NCBI GenBank assembly: GCA_965214225.1
Contig: OZ243942.1
Location: 3,106,035 to 3,170,034, forward strand
Length of the DNA: 64,000 nucleotides
Direction of reading: 5' to 3'
Source of the DNA: Polyangiales bacterium
GTDB lineage: Bacteria > Myxococcota_A > Polyangia > Polyangiales > CBDCBC01
Position 1 is the stretch's first letter. Each line of letters opens with the position of its first letter. Below the pieces are notes generated by a model. It was not told the DNA's origin, made no database searches, and was given only the letters and a program-made list of their open reading frames with translations. The position numbers were made by a program, and so were the translations under genes. Of the stretch, positions 35,857 through 46,228 are shown one piece after another.

Positions 35857-36736
35857 TGCTTGAGGATGGGGCGCATCCTCTGCGCGAGAAGGCCGGATTA
35901 GATGTTGATTATCAGGCTGACGCCTGAGGGGTCCGGCCCCCACAGAATGAGTAGAGCTGGCATGCTTGAGGATGGGGCGCATCCTCTGCGCGAGAAGGCC
36001 GGATTAGATGTTGATTATCAGGCTGACGCCTGAGGGGTCCGGCCCCCACAGAATGAGTAGAGCTGGCATGCTTGAGGATGGGGCGCATCCTCTGCGCGAG
36101 AAGGCCGGATTAGATGTTGATTATCAGGCTGACGCCTGAGGGGTCCGGCCCCCACAGAATGAGTAGAGCTGGCATGCTTGAGGATGGGGCGCATCCTCTG
36201 CGCGAGAAGGCCGGATTAGATGTTGATTATCAGGCTGACGCCTGAGGGGTCCGGCCCCCACAGAATGAGTAGAGCTGGCATGCTTGAGGATGGGGCGCAT
36301 CCTCTGCGCGAGAAGGCCGGATTAGATGTTGATTATCAGGCTGACGCCTGAGGGGTCCGGCCCCCACAGAATGAGTAGAGCTGGCATGCTTGAGGATGGG
36401 GCGCATCCTCTGCGCGAGAAGGCCGGATTAGATGTTGATTATCAGGCTGACGCCTGAGGGGTCCGGCCCCCACAGAATGAGTAGAGCTGGCATGCTTGAG
36501 GATGGGGCGCATCCTCTGCGCGAGAAGGCCGGATTAGATGTTGATTATCAGGCTGACGCCTGAGGGGTCCGGCCCCCACAGAATGAGTAGAGCTGGCATG
36601 CTTGAGGATGGGGCGCATCCTCTGCGCGAGAAGGCCGGATTAGATGTTGATTATCAGGCTGACGCCTGAGGGGTCCGGCCCCCACAGAATGAGTAGAGCT
36701 GGCATGCTTGAGGATGGGGCGCATCCTCTGCGCGAG
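35856..36736. repeat. 106-bp tandem repeat x8.3, abutting the 3' end of tRNA-fMet
   Basis: Unit starts at 35856, 35962, 36068, 36174, 36280, 36386, 36492, 36598 and 36704 (the last is 33 bp). Copies are identical by eye. The unit contains TCCGGCCCCCACA (compare tRNA 3' TCCGGCCCCCGCA) and three perfect hairpins. Confidence 0.97.
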
Positions 36737-36971
36737 TGATCTTCCGGCGGTCTTCTCTGGGAGGCTTGGCGCTGCGACCTCACAAAAGGAGTATATGAGT
36801 ACGGGCGTCTTTCTCAGCATACAGGAGTCGTACATACCGAGCGCTAGCTCCTACGCCCTGTCACTTGTGAGGGCGGTAAACTTGACGATAGACCCGTCCC
36901 GGGTTGACAAGAATGCGAGACACGGGCGTAGAGGCTGAGGGCGCTCTTGCAGCTTCGCCGTAGCTGTAAAG

Positions 36972-36995
36972 CAACCGATACAAGAGTATCGGTTG
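36972..36995. repeat. perfect 10-bp inverted repeat CAACCGATAC-aaga-GTATCGGTTG preceded by a TGTAAAG half-site
   Basis: Read directly. The half-site TGTAAAG lies at 36965-36971. Confidence 0.6.
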
Positions 36996-37083
36996 GGAGG
37001 ATTCGGAGAGAGGTCCAGCAGAAGTGAGCATGCGCCACCGCAGAGGTAGAGCTAGCTGCACGGCGAGGGGGTCTCGATGTGTT

Positions 37084-37101
37084 TGTAAAGCAGCCTTTAC
37101 A
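37084..37101. promoter_or_regulatory. AT-rich palindrome TGTAAAG-cagc-CTTTACA (site 2 of 4)
   Basis: Perfect 7+7 inverted repeat in the non-coding tract between the 106-bp array and rtcB. Confidence 0.5.
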
Positions 37102-37197
37102 CAGCAGCATCTAGAAAGCGAGCCAAGGCAGCAGGCCGGGCGCGTGCCGGTAGGCCACTCGTGTTGATAGGCCACGCGGTAGAGCAGGACGGGCTGA

Positions 37198-37518
37198 CTA
37201 AGCCGGACAGGGCGCGCAGCGGACCTGCATGTGCTTGCGCAGCCAGTAGGTGCCAGCAGGAAACTCGGTACGGCGGTGGCCCTCGGTAAAGCGCTGGTAG
37301 GCCAGCTTGTAGGCTTGAATGAAGGCGCGGAGTTTGTCGATGGCTGCTTTTAGCACGCCCGGCGTCTCTTTGCCGGTGACCCGCAGGTGACGTGAAGGCT
37401 GCGTCTCTTTGGTTTGTGGCCGCTGCCACGGCTTGCACTGACCAAGCTTGCGGAGGCCGAGGAGGCGGCCACGGTGCGCCTTACGCCACGCGTGCTGCCT
37501 TTCCTTGAGCTCCTCCAT
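37198..37518 (-). CDS. hypothetical protein, possibly a C-terminal relic of a transposase-family protein
   Basis: 106-aa ORF with coding-like GC3. The tail ...AFIQAYKLAYQRFTEGHRRTEFPAGTYWLRKHMQVRCAP resembles, from memory only, C-termini of some Myxococcota proteins annotated as transposases. No catalytic domain is present. The frame stays open upstream of the ATG without a start codon. Confidence 0.3.
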   Translation of the reverse strand: MEELKERQHAWRKAHRGRLLGLRKLGQCKPWQRPQTKETQPSRHLRVTGKETPGVLKAAIDKLRAFIQAYKLAYQRFTEGHRRTEFPAGTYWLRKHMQVRCAPCPA

Positions 37519-37681
37519 CAGGCCGCTCCAGAAGGCCGGGTTACTGGAGGATGCATGGTTACTGGAGGCGTGCTCAAGAGGCGGCGGGGTGACGGCGAGC
37601 TCAGCATGGGGCTCTCTCGTAGAGACGAGGAGTAGGTCCGCCTGTCCTCCACCCTCTCATCGAGCCTGCTCACCGCGCGGT

Positions 37682-38920
37682 CTAACCCTTCACACAGACG
37701 ACCTGTCGCAGGGTGTGGACAACATCGACGAGGTCTCGCTGGGCAGCCATGACGTCGTCGATTGGTTTGTACGCCATCGGGGTTTCGTCGATCACATGCT
37801 CGTCTTTGCGGCACTCGATGCCTTGTGTGGCCTGGGCGTGATCTTCGACAGAGAAGCGCTTTTTAGCTGCAGTTCGCGTCATGCTCCTGCCTGCTCCGTG
37901 ACTGCAGCTGTGGAAGCTCTCGTTGTTGCCTTTGCCACGGACGATGTACGATTTGGCTCCCATGCTGCCCGGAATGATGCCGAGGTCGCCTTTGCGCGCC
38001 CGGACCGCGCCCTTTCGAGTTACGAACACGTTTTCGCCGTAGTGGTATTCGGTTGTCACATAGTTGTGATGGCAGTTGACCGCCATTGCTGCTGCCGAGA
38101 AGCTTGGAAGGTCAGGGCGGTCTTCGAGCGCCTGGAGCACAGCCAGCATCATCAGCTCGCGGTTTATGCTGGCGAAGCATTGCGCCCACTCAACCGCTTC
38201 GACGTAATCGTGGAAGTAATCCGAGCCTTCTAGCAAGTAGGCAAGGTCGCGGTCGGGGAGATTGATGTGCCACCGACGCATTTCCTCTTTCGCCAATGCG
38301 ATGAAGTGGGATCCGATTCGGTTGCCCACCCCGCGTGAGCCACTGTGCAGCATCACCCAGACCTTGTCTGCTTCATCGAGGCACACCTCGATGAAGTGGT
38401 TCCCGGTTCCCAGAGTTCCAAGGTGGTTGGCAGAGTTGCACTTTTCAATCTTGGGATGCTTCTCGACAATCGCCTGAAATCCTGTGGCTAACTTCGACCA
38501 ACCTTTCTCTGCCTTCTCGGGAAGGGCGCACCAGGCTCCTTTATCACCTCGTCCCCCGTTCCCGCTTCGGCCGTGGGGCACGGCTGCTTCAATGGCGGAG
38601 CGGATGCCATGCAAGTTGTCTGGTAGTTGAGAAGCCGATAGCGTGGTCTCCACCGCCATCATGCCGCAACCGATGTCTACGCCGACCGCGGCCGGGATGA
38701 TCGCCTGTTTGGTTGCGATGACGCTTCCGACAGTCGCCCCCTTGCCCACGTGGACGTCCGGCATCGCCGCGACCCACTTGTGCACAAAGGGGAGCGACGC
38801 GATGTTTGACAGCTGCTGCTTGGCGCTGTCATCCATCTGCACCCCCCTCACCCACGCCTTGATGGGCTGGCCGCTGGTTTCGAAGAGCTCGTAGTTGCGC
38901 TGAGTCGGTGCGTTTCCCAT
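37682..38920 (-). CDS. rtcB: RNA-splicing ligase RtcB
   Basis: 412 aa. Contains PDVHVGKGATVGSV, GVDIGCGM, HSGSRGVGN, NCHHNY, IIPGSMGAKSYIVRGKGN and SCSHGAGR. Confidence 0.95.
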   Translation of the reverse strand: MGNAPTQRNYELFETSGQPIKAWVRGVQMDDSAKQQLSNIASLPFVHKWVAAMPDVHVGKGATVGSVIATKQAIIPAAVGVDIGCGMMAVETTLSASQLPDNLHGIRSAIEAAVPHGRSGNGGRGDKGAWCALPEKAEKGWSKLATGFQAIVEKHPKIEKCNSANHLGTLGTGNHFIEVCLDEADKVWVMLHSGSRGVGNRIGSHFIALAKEEMRRWHINLPDRDLAYLLEGSDYFHDYVEAVEWAQCFASINRELMMLAVLQALEDRPDLPSFSAAAMAVNCHHNYVTTEYHYGENVFVTRKGAVRARKGDLGIIPGSMGAKSYIVRGKGNNESFHSCSHGAGRSMTRTAAKKRFSVEDHAQATQGIECRKDEHVIDETPMAYKPIDDVMAAQRDLVDVVHTLRQVVCVKG

Positions 38921-39374
38921 AGCGTTATCTTAGATCATTCGGTATGCCGAGCCACTTCCCTCACTTTCGCTCAGCCGGGTTCTTCTTTAGCCTCAGTGAT
39001 AAGTCCCATACGTCACGATAGACGAGGCGGGTGGTCTTCGGAGCTTACGGCTCCACTCTCGACTCAGGTAGGCACGCGGGGAGGCAGGAGAGGCGCCGGG
39101 ACCGCTGGCGCTCCACGCTGACGCTTCGTCGTCACAAGGAAGGTTCTTCTGAACGACCGGCTCGAGTGGCTGTATTGCCTCCAGCATCACGAGAGAGCTG
39201 TGGATCGAAGAGCCCCGGGGCGCGTCGACGTGGAACCCATGCTGCACCGGATCATGTGTCGGTTGTCCCCGCCCGCGCTCTCGAGGTTCGTTCCGGCGAC
39301 TCGGCAGGGGCAATGAGTTGCCTCGCATCGAAGTCTCTCCCAGAGGGTGCGGCCCCTCCGGAAGAAATCGGCCA

Positions 39375-40154
39375 TCAGAGGTCGATGGTGACGCCGACAG
39401 GGCAGTGGTCGGAGCCCAGCACATTGGGAAGAATAAACGCCTCCCTCACAAGCGGCTTAGCCGCGGGAGAGGCAAAGACGTAGTCGATGCGCCAGCCAAC
39501 ATTGCGCTCTCGGGCATTCATCGCTTGGTACCACCAGGAGTAGTGACCGCCGCTTGGCTCAAACATGCGAAAGGTGTCGGTCCAACCTGACGTCACCCAA
39601 CGCGATACCTCTTCTCGTTCTTCAGGAAGGAAGCCACTGGTCTTCATGTTCTGTCGTGGGCGTGCCAGGTCGATTTCATGGTGGGCGGTATTGAAGTCAC
39701 CCATCACCAGCATAGGCACGCCCGCGTTCTTTTCCGCCTCCAGACTTTGCCAGAGGGTGCGGTAGAAGTTGAGCTTGTAAGGCACCCGAGCGTTGTCGCG
39801 GTTGCGTCCACTCCCTTTGGGAAAGTAGGCGTTGACGAGCACAAGGTCGCCTAACTTCGCGCGGATGAAGCGCCCCTCGACATCAAGCTCTTCTTGTTGG
39901 AGTGACGTTCGCACATCCGCGAGCGTCTCCTTCGACAGCACGCCGACGCCGCTATAGCCGGGACGCTCTGCGGGCGAGAAGTGGCTACTCCAGCTTGGAA
40001 GTTGCGGCAGAAGAGGTTCGATTTGCTCGTGTTTGGCACGTACCTCTTGCAAACCGATGAGGTTGGCGTTGAGTGTCTCGACCGTGTCTGCAAAGCCTTT
40101 GCGCATCACGCTGCGAAAGCCATTGACGTTCCAACTGATGATCCTCATCGACAA
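39375..40154 (-). CDS. xthA: exodeoxyribonuclease III
   Basis: MRIISWNVNGFRS, LQEV, MGDFNTAHHEIDL, WRIDYVF and GSDHCPV. Confidence 0.93.
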   Translation of the reverse strand: MSMRIISWNVNGFRSVMRKGFADTVETLNANLIGLQEVRAKHEQIEPLLPQLPSWSSHFSPAERPGYSGVGVLSKETLADVRTSLQQEELDVEGRFIRAKLGDLVLVNAYFPKGSGRNRDNARVPYKLNFYRTLWQSLEAEKNAGVPMLVMGDFNTAHHEIDLARPRQNMKTSGFLPEEREEVSRWVTSGWTDTFRMFEPSGGHYSWWYQAMNARERNVGWRIDYVFASPAAKPLVREAFILPNVLGSDHCPVGVTIDL

Positions 40155-40323
40155 GCCTTACCATAGCTGGCGAAGGGTGGCCGGGAAGTAAGGCCGAACA
40201 CACATCCTACACCCAGGCCTACTTAACTTCTGTTCTTGGAGCAAAATCGAGAGAATGATTTCGCCTTGATCTTTGCGGGAAGCAACATGGTCGAGGCACG
40301 GCTCTTGCTTGCCTACAAGAGTC

Positions 40324-42174
40324 ATGTTTACTGAACGGCATTTCGTGCGCCTTCCGGCGCTAGTGTTCTGTCTGTGGTGTGGCGTGCTTTCCCTAGGGAT
40401 TTTTTGCTGTGGCACGACACCGGAGTCGATCACGTCACAGTCTTCGGGCCAGGAGCGAGGGGCGTTCTTCGGGGTTGGGCCGTCGTGGCGCGCTGAAGGT
40501 CAGGCGGATCAAGAAAAGATTGTATTTGAGGGTCTGAAGCTTCATCTTTCCATCGGGGGAAGCCCAAGCATAGATGAGGCCTTTGATCACGCCAAGAGGT
40601 ACTCCGTTAGCGAAGGGTACCTGCATTACCTTAATCTAGATGCACTGACTGAGGGGGAGGCAGAGGAATGGTTGGAGTCTGTTCTGCAGCGTGTGAGATT
40701 GAGCCGCAGCGGTCGTGCGCTCGCTATGAGCACGGAGATGTATCGCACGGGCATTGCCTTTGTGAAGGACAAAGACGACTTGGATATCATTCTAGGCGAG
40801 GCCAACCCTTTGGTGATGCGAAGCATTGAGAGAGAGGTTCGAGTTGAGCTAGGCCACGCCCTCGCCTGGAGCCGATATGTCGATCGAGAGGACAACATCA
40901 CATCTGAGGAGTTAGGTCAGCTTGAGGCTGAGGTTGATCAGGTTTACGAAGACGTGAAAGATCAGCTAGTTGCGACTCGCATCATCTCGCGACTGATCGA
41001 ACGGCACTGGTCAGGAGAGCGGGAAGACGAGATTCAGCCGATCTGGCGAGACTTCTTGGAAGAGTACTATCCGTCGGAGGCGCAGTCGTTGCTCAACCCT
41101 GAAGTGTTGAGCACGGAGCACCCGCTTTTGTCGCTCGAGAAGATGTTTGCTCTTTACGACCGCCGCGCCGCCATGTTCAACGGACTCTACGCTCAAGCGT
41201 GGGAGGTCAAGCCTGTGAGGATGTTCGTAGTTCCTGTCGACTTCGCGGGATTTGTTGAGTCAATGGCGCTGATCGTCATTCACACCGAACACGCACAAGA
41301 AGCCGAGCATCTTGATGAAATGCTTCTTGGGGCCTTGCTGGATGCTGCAGATGCGGTCAAGGCACGCGACCTTTGGGGGCTCTGTGGAACTGCCGAGTAT
41401 GCTTCGGTTCCCGATATGGTCCACGATCCGCTAGAGTGCGTTGGTGAGCTCGTTGAACGTGATGCGGGTCACTTCGCGGACCTGACGCCGTCGCTGCTAA
41501 GTTGGGCACGCGTGTCTCCTCATGCTCAGGGCCAGCTTGAACAGCATGCCTTTCCCGAGTTTGCGACTCAGGAGAGCAAGGACCGCCTCTTCAATTACGC
41601 GCAGGATGTCACGCTGCCCTGGCGTTATAAGTATGGCACGGCACCTCACGAACCTGAAGACATAGAGCAGTATGTTCGCTGGGCCCAGGGTGACTTTCTC
41701 GACGACCTGCTGCGCATCCTTCAGTTTGCTCGCCGCACGCGGTTTGTCGCCTCGGTGTTCTCTGAAGCTTCTAACGAGGGAGCGGCGATGCCCTGGCGCC
41801 TGGCCCTGGCAGCGGAAACTTTGAAGGACCTCGTGGACGTAGACAGTGATTACTTCGGAGGTAGCATCTTTAGCTCACGCGAGCTTAGGATGCTCGACGA
41901 TGAAGACCGGCGGAGACAACAGGACTTCTGGCGTGAGGCAACGCTTCCGCTCAAGCCCTTTGATGCTCCCTCGCTCGGTGCTCCTTTCTTCGATACTGGA
42001 GACATCGACATCACTGCGTTCGCCATGGCTTCGTACATGAACATCGACCTATCCGATCCGAGGGAGCTCGACCGCCTGCTAAACACACTTCTAAATAAGC
42101 CACCGGAAGAATGGCCTTTCGGTGCCGCGGGAAGTAAGGCAGACCGGGCGAGTGGGTCCCTTCGGTGTGACTAG
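40324..42174 (+). CDS. large hypothetical protein with an N-terminal hydrophobic/Cys-containing signal region
   Basis: Long ORF (open from 40273). MFTERHFVRLPALVFCLWCGVLSLGIFCCG looks like an export signal. The body is acidic and helical with no motif I recognise. Confidence 0.55.
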   Translation: MFTERHFVRLPALVFCLWCGVLSLGIFCCGTTPESITSQSSGQERGAFFGVGPSWRAEGQADQEKIVFEGLKLHLSIGGSPSIDEAFDHAKRYSVSEGYLHYLNLDALTEGEAEEWLESVLQRVRLSRSGRALAMSTEMYRTGIAFVKDKDDLDIILGEANPLVMRSIEREVRVELGHALAWSRYVDREDNITSEELGQLEAEVDQVYEDVKDQLVATRIISRLIERHWSGEREDEIQPIWRDFLEEYYPSEAQSLLNPEVLSTEHPLLSLEKMFALYDRRAAMFNGLYAQAWEVKPVRMFVVPVDFAGFVESMALIVIHTEHAQEAEHLDEMLLGALLDAADAVKARDLWGLCGTAEYASVPDMVHDPLECVGELVERDAGHFADLTPSLLSWARVSPHAQGQLEQHAFPEFATQESKDRLFNYAQDVTLPWRYKYGTAPHEPEDIEQYVRWAQGDFLDDLLRILQFARRTRFVASVFSEASNEGAAMPWRLALAAETLKDLVDVDSDYFGGSIFSSRELRMLDDEDRRRQQDFWREATLPLKPFDAPSLGAPFFDTGDIDITAFAMASYMNIDLSDPRELDRLLNTLLNKPPEEWPFGAAGSKADRASGSLRCD

Positions 42175-42303
42175 TTTGCGGGTCTAACGCGACCTCCGTC
42201 CGGACGACGCCGTAAACCTCGCCGCGGTTCCAAGAACTTCGCTAAGGACCCGGGTGAAGTGCTAAAGTCGTGAGGCGAACGACTGGGACACACGTGGGGT
42301 TGT

Positions 42304-44718
42304 ATGACTAGGGATTTTTCACGCGCTCGGATCATAAGGAACTGGCTTGGCATCCTCCTGATGGGCGTGTGGGCTAGCGGATGTTCCTGCGGGGGCGAGG
42401 GCGGAGGTGAGAGCGGCGATGACAACGCGAACTGCGCCGTTCCTTGCCGGCAAGGCACTCTTTGCTGCGAGAACGGACAGGAGTGTATCGACGACCTGAT
42501 CTGCGCGGCTCCGTGCGCTGGCACGCGATGCGGTGACCATGGCGCCATCTGCTGCGCCGAGGAGCAAGCTTGTCTGGACGGCGTGCTTTGCGCGGCCACC
42601 TGCGAAGAGGTGCAGCTGACCTGTGGAGAGGACCTGAACATCTGCTGCGCAAGCACCGATGTTTGCTTGAACGATGGCTGCGTAGAACCCGGCACCTCAT
42701 GTGCTGATGATTTTGATTGCGCCATCGAAGACGGGAAGTACTGCGAGACCGTCATCGGACGCTGTTTGGATACTCCGGAGAACGTGAGCTGCGAACTGCC
42801 CCCCGACACGGACCCACTCGATCCGACGGAGGAGTGGCACTGGCCGGGTGTTGAAATCGGTGGAAAGCTTTACGAAAATGTGATCGCTAGCCCTGCCGTG
42901 GGCGATGTGTCAGGAGACGGCATCCCGGACGTGGTGGTGCCGGTGTACGCAGGCTCCAATCTCGACGACGCTATTCTTGTAGCACTAAGCGGCAAGGACG
43001 GGACGCTGCTCTTTTCAATCGGGGGAGCCAACTTGCCAGACTCTATCTCTCCTGTAGCGCTTGGAGATTTCGATCCGACCGACGAGGCGTTAGAAATCAT
43101 TTACACGGTGGACAATGCCGGGTCGCTGCAGGGCGGACTACGCATCGTCGACGGCGACGGCACAACAGAACTCGGACGCCGGGTGAGTTATCCTGGAGTA
43201 TCGGATCGCATCGCGCCGGCAGTCGCTGACCTCAACGCAGACGGCACACCAGACGTTGTGGCCGGGTGCAATGGTCTCAACGGCAAAGACATTGGTGATG
43301 CCTCGCAAGATATCTTCAGCGGTGAAGCTTGTGAACATGTGACACAGCAGGGAGCGGCTTTTGTAGCAGTGGCCAATCTCGACGCAGACCCCGCACCCGA
43401 GGTCACGTCCGGTGCTGTGGCTTACAATGTCGATGGTTCAGTGTTGTGGCGTAAGCCGGTCGATCACGGCTTCTCTGCTATCGCGGACCTTAATCTCGAT
43501 GGCGACCCTGAAGTGGTTGTGATTAGCTCAGACCCTGACTCTGGGAGATTCGCCACCATCGTTGTGCGAGACGGGGCAACGGGAAACATGTTGATCGGTC
43601 CAGGTGGCTCGTGGAGCGACGCGAGATACGATTTGCCTGTAGGAGTCTTACCCCCCGGTCAGAAGTTTTGGAACATAGGTGGTCCGCCTACAGTCGCCGA
43701 TTTCGATGGCGACGGCTTACCTGAGATAGCTGCAGCTAGCCAGGGGCAGTATATAGTCTTTGATCCCGATTGCCTGCCGAGCCCGCCGCGCCAGGGCGGA
43801 GCAGCGTGTGGTTCTGTCAACTTCATTCTGTGGCAAGCCAACACACAGGACTATTCCTCAAGTGCCACGGGCTCGAGCGTGTTTGACTTTCAGGGCGATG
43901 GAGCGGCAGAAGTCATCTACAACGACGAGTGCTTTCTGCACATCTACAACGGGCGGGACGGCACAGAAGCGCTCAGTGAACCCATCCCGAACTCCACACG
44001 AACAGCCATCGAGTATCCACTGGTGGTTGATGTGGATGGCGACGGCAACTCGGAAATCGTTGTCCCCGCTAATCGTGATAAAGCGGTCGGCCGCGACAAA
44101 TGCCAAAACGCTTACGCTGCGCTTTATGGTGTGCCCGCGAGCGAACTCCCGGACGCGATCCGCACAGGCACATCGGGCATCTACGTCTTCGGCGACACGC
44201 AAGACCGTTGGGTCCGCACGCGGCCGATCTGGAACCAGCACACGTACCACGTCAGCAACGTCACTTCCACGGGCCAGGTGCCTCAGGTGGAGCAGGACAA
44301 CTGGACAGTGGAAGGGCTCAACAACTACCGGCAAAACGTGCAGGGCGGGCTCGTGCTCAATGGCCCTAATCTGCAAGTGGAGCTTGATGCAGCGGCTCGT
44401 TGCACGTTGAAAGAAATGAGCCTCTCTGCCAAGGTCACCAATGTCGGCGCACGTGGCGTGGCAGCGGACATTGCGGTGGCGTTCTATAGCGTCGTGGACG
44501 ACGAGGAGACGGAGATCGGCTCAGGCGTGACCACGCGGCCTCTGCTTCCTGGTGGAACCGAGCGTATTACACTGATTGTGGAAGACATCGATGTGACGCG
44601 TCCGCTGACCTTTCGCGTCAAAGTGGACGTGGAAGGCGGTAGCGGCGTGGTTCGGGAGTGCCGAGAAGATGACAATGTCTCTGAGGCAACAGCCTCGTGC
44701 GCTCTTGAGGCGAGCTAG
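42304..44718 (+). CDS. secreted lipoprotein: Cys-rich CC-repeats, FG-GAP/VCBS beta-propeller repeats, and a CARDB-like C-terminal domain
   Basis: Lipobox LLMGVWASGCS. Four C..G..CC....C...C modules (myxobacterial-type Cys repeat). At least seven FG-GAP-type loops (DVSGDGIPDVVV, DLNADGTPDVV, DLNLDGDPEVVV, DFDGDGLPEIA, DFQGDGAAEVIY, DVDGDGNSEIVV). Confidence 0.8.
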   Translation: MTRDFSRARIIRNWLGILLMGVWASGCSCGGEGGGESGDDNANCAVPCRQGTLCCENGQECIDDLICAAPCAGTRCGDHGAICCAEEQACLDGVLCAATCEEVQLTCGEDLNICCASTDVCLNDGCVEPGTSCADDFDCAIEDGKYCETVIGRCLDTPENVSCELPPDTDPLDPTEEWHWPGVEIGGKLYENVIASPAVGDVSGDGIPDVVVPVYAGSNLDDAILVALSGKDGTLLFSIGGANLPDSISPVALGDFDPTDEALEIIYTVDNAGSLQGGLRIVDGDGTTELGRRVSYPGVSDRIAPAVADLNADGTPDVVAGCNGLNGKDIGDASQDIFSGEACEHVTQQGAAFVAVANLDADPAPEVTSGAVAYNVDGSVLWRKPVDHGFSAIADLNLDGDPEVVVISSDPDSGRFATIVVRDGATGNMLIGPGGSWSDARYDLPVGVLPPGQKFWNIGGPPTVADFDGDGLPEIAAASQGQYIVFDPDCLPSPPRQGGAACGSVNFILWQANTQDYSSSATGSSVFDFQGDGAAEVIYNDECFLHIYNGRDGTEALSEPIPNSTRTAIEYPLVVDVDGDGNSEIVVPANRDKAVGRDKCQNAYAALYGVPASELPDAIRTGTSGIYVFGDTQDRWVRTRPIWNQHTYHVSNVTSTGQVPQVEQDNWTVEGLNNYRQNVQGGLVLNGPNLQVELDAAARCTLKEMSLSAKVTNVGARGVAADIAVAFYSVVDDEETEIGSGVTTRPLLPGGTERITLIVEDIDVTRPLTFRVKVDVEGGSGVVRECREDDNVSEATASCALEAS

Positions 44719-44758
44719 GAGCCTGTCATCACGTGAATGTGGCAATGCCTGTGAAATA

Positions 44759-45214
44759 AGCCACCTCGCGGCTTACCTCCTCGGAAAAAATCCTCAAATA
44801 CGTTGAGTATTCTGCGGTTGTTTCCTGCGGGGGCGCTCGCGACGTGACTCATTTGACAGGCATTGGTGCTGGAGCCACCTCGCGGCTTACCTCCTCGGAA
44901 AAAATCCTCAAATACGTTGAGTATTCTGCGGTTATTTCCTGCGGGGGCGCTCGCGACGCGACTCATTTGACAGGCATTGGTGCCGGAGCCACCTCGCGGC
45001 TAACCTCCTCGGAAAAAATCCTCAAATACGTTGAGTATTCTGCGGTTATTTCCTGCGGGGGCGCTCGCGACGCGACTCATTTGACAGGCATTGGTGCCGG
45101 AGCCACCTCGCGGCTAACCTCCTCGGAAAAAATCCTCAAATACGTTGAGTATTCTGCGGTTATTTCCTGCGGGGGCGCTCGCGACGCGACTCATTTGACA
45201 GGCATTGGTGCTGG
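44759..45214. repeat. 114-bp tandem repeat x4
   Basis: Unit starts at 44759, 44873, 44987 and 45101. Copies differ by about 1-4 substitutions. Each unit contains a TTGACA hexamer and a small hairpin CTCAA-atacg-TTGAG. The in-frame track ORF 44844-45305 is a by-product of 114 = 38x3. Confidence 0.95.
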
Positions 45215-45300
45215 AGGCACTGGCAGTGATCGGACGTGGCACCAGCTGAAGGTCGCTCCCGCAGGTCGCAGCTCCTTGCGCAGCCGACCGTCGCACATCT

Positions 45301-45332
45301 TGTAAAGAGAGCTCTGTAAAGAAACCTTTACA
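45301..45332. promoter_or_regulatory. AT-rich palindrome TGTAAAG-aaac-CTTTACA (site 3) plus an extra TGTAAAG half-site
   Basis: Half-site at 45301-45307. Full palindrome at 45315-45332. Confidence 0.5.
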
Positions 45333-45404
45333 AAGTGTGCACTCCCGCAATGTCAACACACATGCGGCTGATTTCTACGGCGTACACCCGTAGGAAAGGG
45401 CAAG

Positions 45405-45428
45405 CCTTGTAAAGGAATCTTTACAAGG
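45405..45428. promoter_or_regulatory. AT-rich palindrome CCTTGTAAAG-gaat-CTTTACAAGG (site 4, 10+10 perfect)
   Basis: Longest version of the motif, about 300 bp upstream of the first hsp20 gene. Confidence 0.5.
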
Positions 45429-45720
45429 TGTGGGATACGAAGTTCTCGCTCCTTACCATGCAGTTCTAGGGTCTTCCGGGAACGCGCGCTGTGTGCGCCG
45501 ATCCGCGCCGCTGCGTGCTTCGGAGTGGCTGTGCGCTTCACAGGTAGGGTCCGGACGCTAACTTTGCGGGCAAGGGGTTGCCAGCCAAAGACCAATGGTT
45601 ACCTTGATCAAAGAGCGATGAAACGCTGTAAATGCAGTGCCATCGCGGGTAAAATGCGCTTTTGGTGGGTCGCTTCTGGCAGTGCCGAAGCGGCGAGCAA
45701 GAGCCGGCAAGGAGGTAACG

Positions 45721-46197
45721 ATGTTGACTCGATGGAACAACTTTGGATGGGGCGAGCCGGATCGTCATAACCATTCGATGAGCGATCTGCGCCGCGAGAT
45801 GTTTAGGCTCTTCTCTGACATTGATCGAGGCATGGGAGCGGTGGAAGAAGGCGGCATGTTCGGTAGCTCAGTTTGGCCTAGGGTGGCCGTGCACGACTCA
45901 GGTTCTGAGTTCGTCGTACGAGCGGAAGTTCCTGGTATGGGCGAAAGGGAAATCGACGTCACACTAGAACAAAACACGCTGACGCTAAAAGGAGAGCGCA
46001 AAGTCGAAGTGCCGGAAGGTTTCGCCGTGCACAGGCAAGAGCGTCAGAACGTGTCTTTCGCTCGAAGCTTCTCTCTTCCAGCCAAAGTGGACGCAGAGAA
46101 GGTCGAGGCAAGCCTACGAAACGGCGTGCTGGAGTTGAAGTTGCCAAAGGCAGCGGAGGAGCAGCCTCGACAGATTCAGGTCAATACGTCGTTATAG
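45721..46197 (+). CDS. Hsp20/alpha-crystallin family small heat-shock protein
   Basis: ATG 45721 follows AAGGAGG. Alpha-crystallin-domain pattern: WPRVAVHDSGSEFVVRAEVPGMGEREIDVTLEQNTLTLKGER ... FARSFSLPAKVDAEKVEASLRNGVLELKLPK. Confidence 0.9.
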   Translation: MLTRWNNFGWGEPDRHNHSMSDLRREMFRLFSDIDRGMGAVEEGGMFGSSVWPRVAVHDSGSEFVVRAEVPGMGEREIDVTLEQNTLTLKGERKVEVPEGFAVHRQERQNVSFARSFSLPAKVDAEKVEASLRNGVLELKLPKAAEEQPRQIQVNTSL

Positions 46198-46228
46198 TAG
46201 GTTCGTCATGAGTGCAGGAGGTATAGTA

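Noticed and set aside
38921-39374. Sigma-54 promoter or an RtcR-type regulator upstream of rtcB, and ORFs 38993-39424 / 39031-39483 in the spacer.
   Set aside because: No TGGCAC-N5-TTGC match was found: the closest, TGGCTCGGCATACCG, lacks the -12 element. The spacer ORFs overlap each other on opposite strands and have low-complexity products. No rtcA or rtcR is present in the window.
44844-45305. 153-aa ORF with a perfectly repeated 38-aa module (THLTGIGAGATSRLTSSEKILKYVEYSAVISCGGARDA).
   Set aside because: It exists only because the 114-bp DNA unit is a multiple of three. It has no RBS and an odd composition, and the opposite strand shows equally long ORFs (44715-44966, 45114-45359). It is treated as non-coding satellite.
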